64,000 nucleotides of DNA, from assembly GCA_964489705.1 (NCBI GenBank), contig CAZAZQ010000001.1, forward strand, positions 52,503 through 116,502, given 5' to 3'. This DNA comes from an uncultured Ignavibacteriales bacterium. Lineage in GTDB: Bacteria; Zixibacteria; MSB-5A5; GN15; FEB-12. The position numbers and the translations under genes were made by a program. Position 1 is the stretch's first letter. Every line of letters starts with the position of its first letter. Of the stretch, positions 26,823 through 36,439 are shown piece by piece. The notes under the pieces are model-generated. The model was not told the DNA's origin. It searched no databases and saw only the letters and a list, made by a program, of their open reading frames with translations.

Positions 26823-27497
26823 ATGTACGGAAAAACGAAATTAACCAAAAGGCAGATAAAAGAAGACAAGTTCACTATCTTCATGCTCAGCGCCAAGAAC
26901 CAGCTTCTTGAGAACTGGCAGTATGTCGTCATTGGTATCGCCGCGGTAGCGGTGGCAATTGTCGCTATCGTGTACTACGTCAACGCCCGCCAGGCAAAAG
27001 CCCAACAAGCCGCCACGCGGTACGCCCGTGCTCTGATGGATTACCACAGCGGCAACAGCCAAGTCGCTATTATGGAATTGACTCAGGTAGTTGAAGAGTA
27101 CGGCGACGACGACGTGGCGGAGCAAGCCACCTTCCTTTTGGGAAACATCAACTACGAAAGCCGCAACTATCCTGAAGCGATCCGTTTTTATGAGCAGTAC
27201 TTGGCGAAGTATCGAGAAAACAAGCTGAATCGCGCCGCAGCGTTAGCGGGGATTGCCGCCTGTTATGAAAACCAAGGGAAATTCCAAGAAGCGGCGGAAA
27301 AGTATGTCGCCGCCGCAGAAGAGTATCCGGACGGGCCGTTGGTTGGTGATTACTACTATTCCGCGATGCGGAACTTCCTCGAAGTCGGAGATATTGATCA
27401 GGCGAAAAAGTACCTTGAGCTGGTGAAAGAAGAGTACAAAGACACAGACCGCGCCAACCAAGCGCAACGATTGTTCAGTGAAAAAAGCCACACCTAA
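26823..27497 (+). CDS. Membrane-anchored TPR protein (YfgM-like architecture)
   Basis: One N-terminal TM (WQYVVIGIAAVAVAIVAIVYYV) followed by TPR-like helices. AGGAG lies 6 nt before the ATG at 26823. Confidence 0.6.
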   Translation: MYGKTKLTKRQIKEDKFTIFMLSAKNQLLENWQYVVIGIAAVAVAIVAIVYYVNARQAKAQQAATRYARALMDYHSGNSQVAIMELTQVVEEYGDDDVAEQATFLLGNINYESRNYPEAIRFYEQYLAKYRENKLNRAAALAGIAACYENQGKFQEAAEKYVAAAEEYPDGPLVGDYYYSAMRNFLEVGDIDQAKKYLELVKEEYKDTDRANQAQRLFSEKSHT

Positions 27498-27521
27498 CTT
27501 TCTGCCTCACGGAGCCGTATC

Positions 27522-29651
27522 TTGACCGATCACGCTCCCCTCAAGGTTGCCATTCTATGGCACATGCATCAGCCGAATTATCAAGAGCCCAACACCAAGC
27601 AGTTGATTCTGCCGTGGGTTCGTCTCCATGCCACCAAAGACTACCTCGATATGCCGTTAACGGCGGCACAGTATGAAAATGTCCGAGTTACGTTCAACCT
27701 CGTACCCTCGCTCATCGACCAATTTCAGCTCTACCAAAACGGCGGCACCGACCGTCACCTCGAGCTTTCGAAAATCCCGGCGCATGAACTGACCGAGGAG
27801 CTCAAGCGGGAAATCCTCAATACCTTTTTCTGCTCCCATCCGCCGCGAATGATAGAGCCGTACGAGCGGTATTACGAACTGTTTCGCAAATTGAAGAAAA
27901 ATATGGGCGACCCTATCCTGCCGGCGCTGTTTACCTCCGAGGAAATGAGAGATTTGCAGGTCTGGTCGAATTTGGTATGGATAGACCCGATGTTTCGGAC
28001 AGAAGAACCGATTAAGTCACTTTTCGACAAGCAAAAGCAGTTCACCGAAGAAGAAAAACATGCCTTGCTGGAGTGGCAGATTGCTCTCATCGGGCGGATA
28101 ATTCCGACCTACCAAAAGCTCTACAAAGAGGGCAACATCGACATCTCTTTCACCCCGTACTATCATCCTATCCTGCCCTTGCTGTGCGATACGGAAGTTG
28201 CCCGTGAGGCGCTTCCTTCCATCACTCTCCCCCGCCACCGATTCCGGCACCCCGAAGATGCCGAGCGGCAAATCAGCATGTCGAAGGAGCTTTTCCATTC
28301 CCTGTTCGGGCGGGAAATGGTGGGGATGTGGCCATCGGAAGGCTCGGTCTCCGAAGAAGTGGCTCACCTTCTCATCAAATCGGGCATCCGATGGGCGGCA
28401 ACGGATGAAGAAATTCTCTACTATTCGCTGAAAAAATCCGGCTTGGAAACAACCGCTCACACCCCGCACGCCGTCTATGAATACGGTCCCGGCTTGAAAC
28501 TCTTCTTCCGCAATCACGCTTTGTCGGACCGCATCGGTTTCGTTTACTCCGGCTGGGATGCCGACAAGGCGGTAGCGGATTTCATGATTCACTTGAAAAA
28601 TATCCGCTCGTCCTTGATAGAGAGAATGGACACGGCGGTAGTTCCCATTATCCTTGACGGTGAAAATGCCTGGGAATACTTCCCCAACGACGGGCACGAT
28701 TTTTTGAACGAGCTCTACCGCCAGTTCGATACCGACCCGGAAATCGAAACCGTCACCATGACCGAGGCGGCGCAATCCTTGCCCGCTATTTCTTTGCCCT
28801 CCCTTTTCGCCGGTTCGTGGATAAACCACAACTTCCGTATCTGGATTGGCCACGAAGAGGACAACAAGGCGTGGGATTTGCTCGCTGAGGCACGAGAGGC
28901 GGTCATTCAGTTTGAAAAGGAACACCCGGATGCCGACCGGGAAAAACTGGCGGCGGCATGGAAGCAAATCTACATCGCGGAGGGTTCCGACTGGTGTTGG
29001 TGGTTCGGCGACGAGCACCTCGGACAAAGCAACGAAGAATTCGACCGCATCTTCCGTCGCCACTTGACCGCCGTCTACGAGTTACTCGACTTGGAAGTTC
29101 CTTTTGAGCTGCTCAGTCCGATTCACAAGGGGGTTACCCTACCTTCCTACACCCTGCCGGATAGCTTGCTCACCCCGATTATCGACGGCAAACGAACGCA
29201 CTTCTACGAATGGGCGGGAGCAGGACGGTTCGATTGCAGCCGCGCCGGAGGAGCCATGCACCGGGTAGACCGCTACCTGGACAAGATTTTCTTCGCCTAC
29301 GACCATGAGTATTTTTACGTGCGAGTCGATTTCTTGGAAGAAGAAGCGATAAAAAAACTCGCCGAGCTGAAATTTCTATTGACTTTTTTCACCCCGGCGA
29401 TAAAAAATATAGAAATCATTCTCGGCGAGGAAGCAGCTCCATGCCGGGAAACGGAAACGTACCGCTATTGCCTGGACAAAGTGTTGGAAATCGCCGTCAA
29501 GCGGACGTACCTATGGGAGGACGGTTTTGGAACCATCGGACTGAAAGTGGAATTGTTCAAGGGACGACAGCTTTTGGAAACTCAACCGGAGAAGGAAGCG
29601 ATTACTTTTGAGGTATACCAGAAACAGAAAGAATTGTTTTGGCCTACGTAG
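27522..29651 (+). CDS. Glycoside hydrolase family 57 (alpha-glucan-active enzyme)
   Basis: N-terminal VAILWHMHQPNY, the GH57 hallmark, plus FTPYYHPILPLL, WPSEGSVS and ILDGENAWEY. Apparent TTG start. Confidence 0.85.
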   Translation: MTDHAPLKVAILWHMHQPNYQEPNTKQLILPWVRLHATKDYLDMPLTAAQYENVRVTFNLVPSLIDQFQLYQNGGTDRHLELSKIPAHELTEELKREILNTFFCSHPPRMIEPYERYYELFRKLKKNMGDPILPALFTSEEMRDLQVWSNLVWIDPMFRTEEPIKSLFDKQKQFTEEEKHALLEWQIALIGRIIPTYQKLYKEGNIDISFTPYYHPILPLLCDTEVAREALPSITLPRHRFRHPEDAERQISMSKELFHSLFGREMVGMWPSEGSVSEEVAHLLIKSGIRWAATDEEILYYSLKKSGLETTAHTPHAVYEYGPGLKLFFRNHALSDRIGFVYSGWDADKAVADFMIHLKNIRSSLIERMDTAVVPIILDGENAWEYFPNDGHDFLNELYRQFDTDPEIETVTMTEAAQSLPAISLPSLFAGSWINHNFRIWIGHEEDNKAWDLLAEAREAVIQFEKEHPDADREKLAAAWKQIYIAEGSDWCWWFGDEHLGQSNEEFDRIFRRHLTAVYELLDLEVPFELLSPIHKGVTLPSYTLPDSLLTPIIDGKRTHFYEWAGAGRFDCSRAGGAMHRVDRYLDKIFFAYDHEYFYVRVDFLEEEAIKKLAELKFLLTFFTPAIKNIEIILGEEAAPCRETETYRYCLDKVLEIAVKRTYLWEDGFGTIGLKVELFKGRQLLETQPEKEAITFEVYQKQKELFWPT

Positions 29652-29695
29652 GCGGAGATAGAAGAGTGTGAGTAAACACAAAGGCGGGAGAAACC

Positions 29696-30112
29696 ATGGG
29701 AGACTCTTTTTTCAAGAACGATACGACGGAAAAACCGAGCGGTGACATCCCTCACTTGGAGGACAATTTGTCCCAAGCGAAGCCGGAGGGAAACGACTCC
29801 ACTGCCGGTGCGGCGATGGACGAAGGACGCCTGGGAGCGATCCTTTCCTACCTCCCGTTTTTATGTTTCATCCCACTTTTGAATATGAAAGACAACCGCG
29901 AAGTGCTGTTTCATGCCCGACAAGGAGTAATCCTTTTCCTGATTGAGTTGGTTGCCGTGATTTTCCTTATCGACGGGATTTCCGATTTCATTTTCAAAGT
30001 CATCCTCATCGCTGCCCTGGCGTTCTCTGTGGCGGGGGTTTACTTTGCCTTTCAGGGGAAAAAACGGAAGTTCCCTGTCATCGGTGACATCGCCGAAAAA
30101 ACCAAGCTCTAA
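29696..30112 (+). CDS. DUF4870-like small membrane protein
   Basis: LGAILSYLPFLCFIPLL...HARQGVILFLIELV plus further TM helices. Confidence 0.55.
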   Translation: MGDSFFKNDTTEKPSGDIPHLEDNLSQAKPEGNDSTAGAAMDEGRLGAILSYLPFLCFIPLLNMKDNREVLFHARQGVILFLIELVAVIFLIDGISDFIFKVILIAALAFSVAGVYFAFQGKKRKFPVIGDIAEKTKL

Positions 30113-30140
30113 GAGACGGTACAAAAAACGCTTACGGTAA

Positions 30141-30170
30141 AAGCCAACCTCACAGCAGGTTGGCTTTTTA
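30141..30170. terminator. Bidirectional rho-independent terminator between convergent genes
   Basis: AAAAGCCAACCT-CACAGC-AGGTTGGCTTTTT, with A-run and T-run flanks so it can work on either strand. Confidence 0.7.
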
Positions 30171-30200
30171 CTTTTCCGGAATACACTTTTTCGAGAAGGC

Positions 30201-30734
30201 TCAATCGCTTAAGATAACGATTTCCTCGGTGATTTTTGCAGGGAACGGCTTGTCTGCCGGAATGACCGCTTCGCTTCCCTTGATAAACAAACCGAAAATA
30301 AACAAGTAAGAAAGGAGCTTGCGCCCTTTCCCTTTGGCGCGAATCGTTCCCGTGCCGTCTTCGGTTATGGCTTGGAGTTTGATTTTCTTGTCCCCTTCCG
30401 CCTTATACGCTCCGTCCGGCTCCAAGCCGACCAGCACTACTTCCACTTCACCGGGCTTGCCGCCCCGCCCTGCCGGTTTGACCGATTTCACCCGCGCCGT
30501 ACCGACGGCACCATCCTTCACGACGATAATGCCACCGTAATTAATCGCTCCGTGTAAACGAATCGGGATAATATCTCCCGGGGCGACATATTTGGACGAT
30601 ACTTCCTGATCAAAAACCACCTGGACTTCCGTTCCGGCGGCGAGAATAACATCCGCTTTCGCTTTCGCTGCGAAAAACATCACCAGTAAAAAAACGAATA
30701 CTTGCCCAACGCTACGAACATATTTCTTGCTCAT
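30201..30734 (-). CDS. Secreted protein of unknown function, last gene of the T6SS-like locus
   Basis: Signal peptide VGQVFVFLLVMFFAAKAKA, a beta-rich body, and a short hydrophobic stretch LLSYLFIFGLFI near the C-terminus. 40 nt downstream of the GTPase gene. Confidence 0.5.
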   Translation of the reverse strand: MSKKYVRSVGQVFVFLLVMFFAAKAKADVILAAGTEVQVVFDQEVSSKYVAPGDIIPIRLHGAINYGGIIVVKDGAVGTARVKSVKPAGRGGKPGEVEVVLVGLEPDGAYKAEGDKKIKLQAITEDGTGTIRAKGKGRKLLSYLFIFGLFIKGSEAVIPADKPFPAKITEEIVILSD

Positions 30735-30773
30735 TCTGTTCTCCTCTCATTCCGTCCCAACCATAACGTTTTT

Positions 30774-32999
30774 TTAGAACTTAGGCAAGTCATCATTCGG
30801 ATTCTTGTCAAAACTTATGGCGATTTTCTTCCCCGAGGGAAAAGTGATTTCCCCGTTCATTTCAAAAAGAGCCAACTTGTCGTCCAATACCTTCAGCTCG
30901 GTGGGGTTCTTCCCCCACGTCTCATCGGAAGGGTTGACATGATTCTTGTCAAGCGCCAGATAAATGTGATCGCCGGCTCGCCAGGTGATACTATAAACTT
31001 TTCCCCCTTTCCGGTACAGGTTTCCGACCTGCCAATCACCGGTCTTGCCGTTTTTCTTGACCATGATGTGGAGATGGTAGCCGTCCGGACAGTAGGTCAA
31101 GCTGAAGTTGTACTTCCGTCGGTCGGTCAGGAACCGATTGGCTCGGCTCAAATAGGTCTTTATCCGCTCGACATCCTTCTGACGGGCGGGATTGCTTGCC
31201 AGCTTCGCTTTCAGCTTTCTCAATTTTTTAACAGCGGTAATCAAGAGGTAATGCGGATCGCGACGGCTGTTGATTTCATTTATCAAGGCATCAAGTTCCC
31301 CCCCGGCTTGCTCGACCACCTGTACCTGCCGTTCTTCAATCAGGTAGCCTTTGGCGGCATTTTTCAGCGCCTTACCCAGAGCAATTTCACCACTGCTGAG
31401 GTCTGTGCCGAAGAAACTGCTGTCGCTCTCCACCTGCTTGACCACTTTCTGCCACGCTTCTTTGGAAGAGCGCTTCAAGGCTTCTTTGAAAAGTCCCCAC
31501 AACTTCCACGCCCGGTTACTGCGCGCGAACAAAACCGATGAGGAATCCATTGTCTGGTATTGCCGCAAGGCTTCTTCCAAGCTCTTCTGCTCCGGTGTCA
31601 ACCGAACGCTGTCGGCGCTCAAATCAACCGAGGGCCAATTCTTCTTGTCGTTGACAATCGCCGCCATCCCCTTGATGGTTTTGTCCAGTTTGCGAAGCTC
31701 TTCTCCGAGGATATCCTTGTCGTAAAGACTGCGGATACGTTCCGCCGGAACCAAGAAGCGGTCAAAGAGCCATTTCACCGTCCAGGAATTCTGGTATTTT
31801 CGATAAGCGGTTTTAATCTTCCGACGCTCTTCGGAAGTGGCACCGGCACGGCTTCCCCCGTACTGGGCAAGGATATTGTCTTCCGCCCGCACCGTCCGCG
31901 GCAACAGCCAGTTGAAATGGTAGAGGTAAGGGGCAGAGAAAACACCCACCCATATCAGACTCGCCAGCGCGACATACTTTGCCGCCGCCCGGATTTTTTG
32001 AATCCGCCGGTTGCGGACAATCGCCCGGAGCATCCAATAGAAAGGCGCTTTGACGCCGATGGGAGTGATTTTTGCCGGAGGGGCGTAAATCGAGCGGCCG
32101 ATGTCGGTGCCGATTTTCTGCGGTGTCTGGCCGGTATTGGAAACGAAAAATATCTGGAAATCGAGCGTCCGCCCGACCACCACCTTAAGAAACTCTTTGA
32201 GCTTGACCAGAATGTTTCTTACCGAGCCCGCCCACTCTTCGTTCGAGGCAATCTTGTTGCTGGTGAGGATGCGGTCGAGAAAGACTTCGTAGTCTTCGGC
32301 AAGGAAACTCTCATCCTCCGGGCTGATAAGCACCGTTTGCGTGTCGGAGGAGAAACCGGGCAGGATATCCGCTTTGGTGACAACGAGAGCAATCGGTATC
32401 GGCAAGCGTCGATGAAGCGGCGCCAACCGTTCCAGCATATTCACAAAAGAGGCGACGTGCGCTTGGGTCTGGGCATCGGAGCCGAGCATTTTGGGGTCGT
32501 AGAAAAAGAGGATGCCTTGAGCGCCAGCCATGAAGTCGATGACTTTGTCGGCAAGCTCGTGCTGTTCGGCAATGGAAACCGCCTTACCGTCGTAGTCGTA
32601 GCTGACGACGGAAATCTTTTTCTTTCGGTCCAAAATGGCATTGAAGCGGAGAACTTTGTCCCCCTTGGTCGGGTCGGGGAATTTTTTCTCTTCCCGAAGG
32701 TCAACGACGGTTCCGACCTCGGTGGTCGAACCGATCCCCCAAATCGCCCGGTAGTTGGCAAGAAGTTCATTTGCCGTGGCGCTGTCGGTAACCGCTATTT
32801 GCAGGTCTTTGGAAACCTTGCACTCCTCGTTGAGAACGGTAAAGTATACTGTTTTCCCCGCATTGGCGTGACCGTAAATGCCTACCCGCACGCCGGAGGG
32901 CCATTGATAGCTGCCGGTCGCCGCGGCGCCTTTCCCTTTTGCTTCCGATGCCTTCTTAGCACCCTTTTTGAAAAACTTGAACAGCTTCCCTATCTTCAC
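30774..32999 (-). CDS. P-loop GTPase-like domain / single TM / ~380-aa C-terminal (predicted periplasmic) domain protein; candidate T6SS membrane-complex component
   Basis: G1 GHANAGKT (aa 43-50), G3-like SYDYDG (aa 133-138), G4 VVTKAD (aa 206-211), TM KYVALASLIWVGVFSAPYLY (aa ~341-360), coiled-coil-like middle and beta-rich end. Confidence 0.6.
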   Translation of the reverse strand: MKIGKLFKFFKKGAKKASEAKGKGAAATGSYQWPSGVRVGIYGHANAGKTVYFTVLNEECKVSKDLQIAVTDSATANELLANYRAIWGIGSTTEVGTVVDLREEKKFPDPTKGDKVLRFNAILDRKKKISVVSYDYDGKAVSIAEQHELADKVIDFMAGAQGILFFYDPKMLGSDAQTQAHVASFVNMLERLAPLHRRLPIPIALVVTKADILPGFSSDTQTVLISPEDESFLAEDYEVFLDRILTSNKIASNEEWAGSVRNILVKLKEFLKVVVGRTLDFQIFFVSNTGQTPQKIGTDIGRSIYAPPAKITPIGVKAPFYWMLRAIVRNRRIQKIRAAAKYVALASLIWVGVFSAPYLYHFNWLLPRTVRAEDNILAQYGGSRAGATSEERRKIKTAYRKYQNSWTVKWLFDRFLVPAERIRSLYDKDILGEELRKLDKTIKGMAAIVNDKKNWPSVDLSADSVRLTPEQKSLEEALRQYQTMDSSSVLFARSNRAWKLWGLFKEALKRSSKEAWQKVVKQVESDSSFFGTDLSSGEIALGKALKNAAKGYLIEERQVQVVEQAGGELDALINEINSRRDPHYLLITAVKKLRKLKAKLASNPARQKDVERIKTYLSRANRFLTDRRKYNFSLTYCPDGYHLHIMVKKNGKTGDWQVGNLYRKGGKVYSITWRAGDHIYLALDKNHVNPSDETWGKNPTELKVLDDKLALFEMNGEITFPSGKKIAISFDKNPNDDLPKF

Positions 33000-33038
33000 A
33001 ATCCGCTCACATCCCTGTTACATACGCTGGTTGTCATG

Positions 33039-33974
33039 TTACTTTCCCATACTCTTCTGCATCGTTTGCGAACGCTGCTGGAAAATTTCAAACTGCCGGT
33101 GCGAGTAATCCTGCCATTTCCGAGGGACGTACCACGCCACCAAAAGGAAAAGAAGAATTATCACCCCATAAAACACAAAAGCCGGATTTCGCTGGGTCAT
33201 AATCAAGCGGAAATACCGCCAACTGGAAAAGGCTCCTTTGAGCTTCCCCAACAAGACACTGCCGAGGTTTTTCACTTTTGACCAGAAACTGGTCTCCACC
33301 AGGTAGCGCCACTCTTTCAACAAGTGCTCATAGAGGCGGCTTTTGTGCCGCAACTTGTTGAAAGCATCAATGCGCATAAGATGGAACTCCAGCGAGGATC
33401 GCTCCGTAAGAACGTCACCGCCCAGTTGCAACCGCCGCCGCGCCAGCTCAAGAAACTTCATCGGCTCCGACATCGCCTGAAACTGTTCCGGCGTGAGGTC
33501 GACCTTCACGCTCTTCCCAAAGGTATTGAGATAACGCGCTATCTCATCCAAGAGAAAAGAATGGAGGCGGAAATTGTTGTTCAGGCTTCCTTCCTGAAAC
33601 AACAACGGCGTCAGGTGATTTTCAAAGAAAGGGACATCCTGCTTAATCGCCCGCACCCCGCGGCAATAGCTGTAGGCTTGATTCGACTGTCCGTCGATGT
33701 CGGCTTCCGATTCGAAAAAGGTAATGAGTATTTGCAATGTCAACTGACGCAGGTCAGAACTGGTCAACGGATGCTGTTTGAGCTTTTCCAAGAAGAACCG
33801 GTCGAGTTCGATGGCTTTGTCGCGCTGCTGTCGCAACGCCTGAAAAACCGCTCCGATACCCTGGTAGGTTTGGAGGAAGGCTTCCGTTTCAAATTCGGCA
33901 TAGTTCGTCTCGTACGTCTTCAAGTACCGAAACAAATCTTCCACATACGATATTACCGCTTTGTCACCCGTCAT
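33039..33974 (-). CDS. Tail-anchored membrane protein (helical cytoplasmic domain plus C-terminal TM); candidate TssL/DotU-like analog
   Basis: 311 aa with a single TM, PAFVFYGVIILLFLLVAWYVP, about 30 aa from the C-terminus. It sits immediately downstream of tssK. Confidence 0.45.
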   Translation of the reverse strand: MTGDKAVISYVEDLFRYLKTYETNYAEFETEAFLQTYQGIGAVFQALRQQRDKAIELDRFFLEKLKQHPLTSSDLRQLTLQILITFFESEADIDGQSNQAYSYCRGVRAIKQDVPFFENHLTPLLFQEGSLNNNFRLHSFLLDEIARYLNTFGKSVKVDLTPEQFQAMSEPMKFLELARRRLQLGGDVLTERSSLEFHLMRIDAFNKLRHKSRLYEHLLKEWRYLVETSFWSKVKNLGSVLLGKLKGAFSSWRYFRLIMTQRNPAFVFYGVIILLFLLVAWYVPRKWQDYSHRQFEIFQQRSQTMQKSMGK

Positions 33975-33987
33975 ATCCGTATCTTCC

Positions 33988-35439
33988 TTACAGCGCGTAC
34001 ACGATTAAATCCATCTTCCCCAAATCGGCAAACTTGCGGGCACCTTCCTGTGCCCCACGGAAAATCAACGTCACCTGATACACTGACGGTGATTTCAGCA
34101 TATCCTGCGGATGCAGCGCCACTTTGTTTCCGAACGTCACAGTATCGACTTCTACCGGATCGGTCTCCCCCAAGCCGCGCGCTTCGTTCAACCCCAACCG
34201 GACTTGCATATTCGTCCACTCTCCGGCGGTGAAAAGGTCCTTGGAAAGCAAGATAACGGTGTCGGACATTGCCCGCGGTTCGGCGACGCTTATCACAAGG
34301 TAACTCAACTCCCCCACCTGCTCGACACGGCTTTCCTTATAGTCAACCACCCGGTAGGTCTGCCCGCGGTAGGTCAACGTATCCGTCGCGACAGCTTGCT
34401 CGCCGAGTTGGTCGCGCTTGACTTGCGCCAAAAAGCCCAACACCTCCCGGATATTGGCGAGAATACCGTCGATGGCATGAACATGCTTCCCCAGCTCGGT
34501 GTGGTCGTAATCGGCTAACAGAAAACTTTCCACCTCGGCGACAAAACGTCCCACATCCGAGTTCATTTGTTTGACGAAAAAGCGCTCGTTCAAAAAGTCC
34601 TTCAAACCGGGATTGAGATTCAACAAGGTGGTGAATATCCGAAACAGCTTTTTGAAGTAGAGCACCATATCCAAGGGATGGAAAGCATTCTTCCCGATAC
34701 GGAAATCGTCGAGAGTCGACGAGAGATATGCCGCCATTTGAAAGATGGTGTTTCGGAAAGCGGTCTGGAGACCGGTCTGCTCCCCTTTCAGCACGCCGCC
34801 GCTTGCCATAGCGGCATACGCCCGCGAGGACAAGGAGAGAAGGTTTTCCAGTCTATTGCGAAACTCCGCTGTCTTTTGCGCCAACCGTTCTTCGGCGTTG
34901 ACCGTCACACAGGGGGGGAAATACCGTTCGGAGAGTCTCGGCTCACCGTCAGCGAGCGTGACTTCGGCAATCTTCAGGTACTGTCCCTCCGGCAAAGCGG
35001 GCGGCTGACCGAGGGTAAGCACATAGTTGCCGGTCAGATAAGGAATCCGCGGGATATCCTCCTGAGGATCCGGTTCGCCGACTTGCTTTTTCTCCGTCGG
35101 ATTGACGCCCAAGTACACGGCAACGGACGAAGCGCCTGTTTCCAACTCAGCGGCAGGAGCACTCTGGTTGCTTTCGTTTATCTCTATGATAAAACCGTCC
35201 GGGGTAATTGCCTGGCAGCGGCTTACTTCTACCCGCAGGCGGTTACCGTTTTTTACAAGGTTCATGCTCAACGCCGGTTTGCCGGAGGACGATTTCTTTG
35301 TCAACCCGTATCGGTCTCCGCTCTGCAAGGCATACCAGCGCGTCAATTCCTCAAAATATTTCTCTTGGTCTTTGAGATGCTGCTGGGTTACCAGCATCCC
35401 ATCGACCCAATTTACGGAAAACAAGCGTACGTCACTCAT
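33988..35439 (-). CDS. tssK: T6SS baseplate protein TssK
   Basis: The N-terminus LFSVNWVDGMLVTQQHLKDQEKYFEE matches the TssK shoulder motif (W.EG..L.PQH.QQ.D.Y). 483 aa, following tssG. Confidence 0.8.
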   Translation of the reverse strand: MSDVRLFSVNWVDGMLVTQQHLKDQEKYFEELTRWYALQSGDRYGLTKKSSSGKPALSMNLVKNGNRLRVEVSRCQAITPDGFIIEINESNQSAPAAELETGASSVAVYLGVNPTEKKQVGEPDPQEDIPRIPYLTGNYVLTLGQPPALPEGQYLKIAEVTLADGEPRLSERYFPPCVTVNAEERLAQKTAEFRNRLENLLSLSSRAYAAMASGGVLKGEQTGLQTAFRNTIFQMAAYLSSTLDDFRIGKNAFHPLDMVLYFKKLFRIFTTLLNLNPGLKDFLNERFFVKQMNSDVGRFVAEVESFLLADYDHTELGKHVHAIDGILANIREVLGFLAQVKRDQLGEQAVATDTLTYRGQTYRVVDYKESRVEQVGELSYLVISVAEPRAMSDTVILLSKDLFTAGEWTNMQVRLGLNEARGLGETDPVEVDTVTFGNKVALHPQDMLKSPSVYQVTLIFRGAQEGARKFADLGKMDLIVYAL

Positions 35440-35527
35440 TATCTTGCCTCAAGAATTTCCAGCAGAATTTATGTCTCAATAATTTCAATGTCAACTTCAA
35501 TACCCTTCGAGAATGTTCCTTCCTTCG

Positions 35528-36439
35528 TTATACATACGAGGAATATCCCAAATACCCTCGCCGGTCTCTTTTCCCCAACGAGAACTTCCGGCGGGTCGTT
35601 TTGAGTGTGATACGGTAATCCAAGTTATTCGGCATACAGACACTCAACAGCCACTCCAACAATCGTCGTTTCTCCTGCCCGGGGAGAAAGTCCGGCACTT
35701 CCTCCGGGGGAACATCGCGCACCTGGACTTCATAGCAGGAATCCCACTCCCGAAATGACCTCCCCAAGACCATATCTTTCCCCACCCGGCAGAGCCCCCT
35801 GCCCAAGCGGGTGCGGAGAGTGACGGGAATCTCATAGTCGGAAGGGACATTTTCTACAATACGCACTTCATGCTTCAAGAAATACCGCAGGACCTTTTCG
35901 ACAAAGAGCGGGTTCCCTCCCCAATTATGAAAATCAGGAAAGACCGACGCCCAAAACATCAGTTCGGCTACCGGTGAGGTTTTCTGTGGGGTAAAGTCGA
36001 GCAGGTGCAAAAATTTCAACAAGTGCGCCGGTTCCACCGAGCCGAACGAGTATTTCAAAGATTGATACAGGGTGATGGCTTCGTACCGAATAACCGCCGC
36101 ATCGAAGGGCGACATAAAAATACGGGCGCTTTCTTCCCACGTCGTTCCTCGCTCGGAACCGTTCGTCAGCCCATAAAAGAACTGGTACGGCATATAATCG
36201 ACGGCACTGGGGTAACCGACCTTCAGAACCACCGGCGTGTCATCGGTCAGTACCGTGCCGGGAGCGGGAGACTGCTCCTGCACTTCTCCGCAGTAGTTCC
36301 GATATTCCCCAACGGCAAGCAGACGGATGCGGTGAACATCAACGCCTAATTTTGCCAGCACGCCCAACGCGGTGGCATAGTGAAAAGGGTGGTGCCGATC
36401 ACAAAAATTCGGCATCCGTTGGTCGGGCGCAGGGTTCAT
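35528..36439 (-). CDS. tssG: Probable T6SS baseplate protein TssG
   Basis: 303 aa, with a 4-nt overlap onto the end of tssF. Assigned from size and the conserved tssE-tssF-tssG order; no motif recognised by eye. Confidence 0.5.
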   Translation of the reverse strand: MNPAPDQRMPNFCDRHHPFHYATALGVLAKLGVDVHRIRLLAVGEYRNYCGEVQEQSPAPGTVLTDDTPVVLKVGYPSAVDYMPYQFFYGLTNGSERGTTWEESARIFMSPFDAAVIRYEAITLYQSLKYSFGSVEPAHLLKFLHLLDFTPQKTSPVAELMFWASVFPDFHNWGGNPLFVEKVLRYFLKHEVRIVENVPSDYEIPVTLRTRLGRGLCRVGKDMVLGRSFREWDSCYEVQVRDVPPEEVPDFLPGQEKRRLLEWLLSVCMPNNLDYRITLKTTRRKFSLGKRDRRGYLGYSSYV

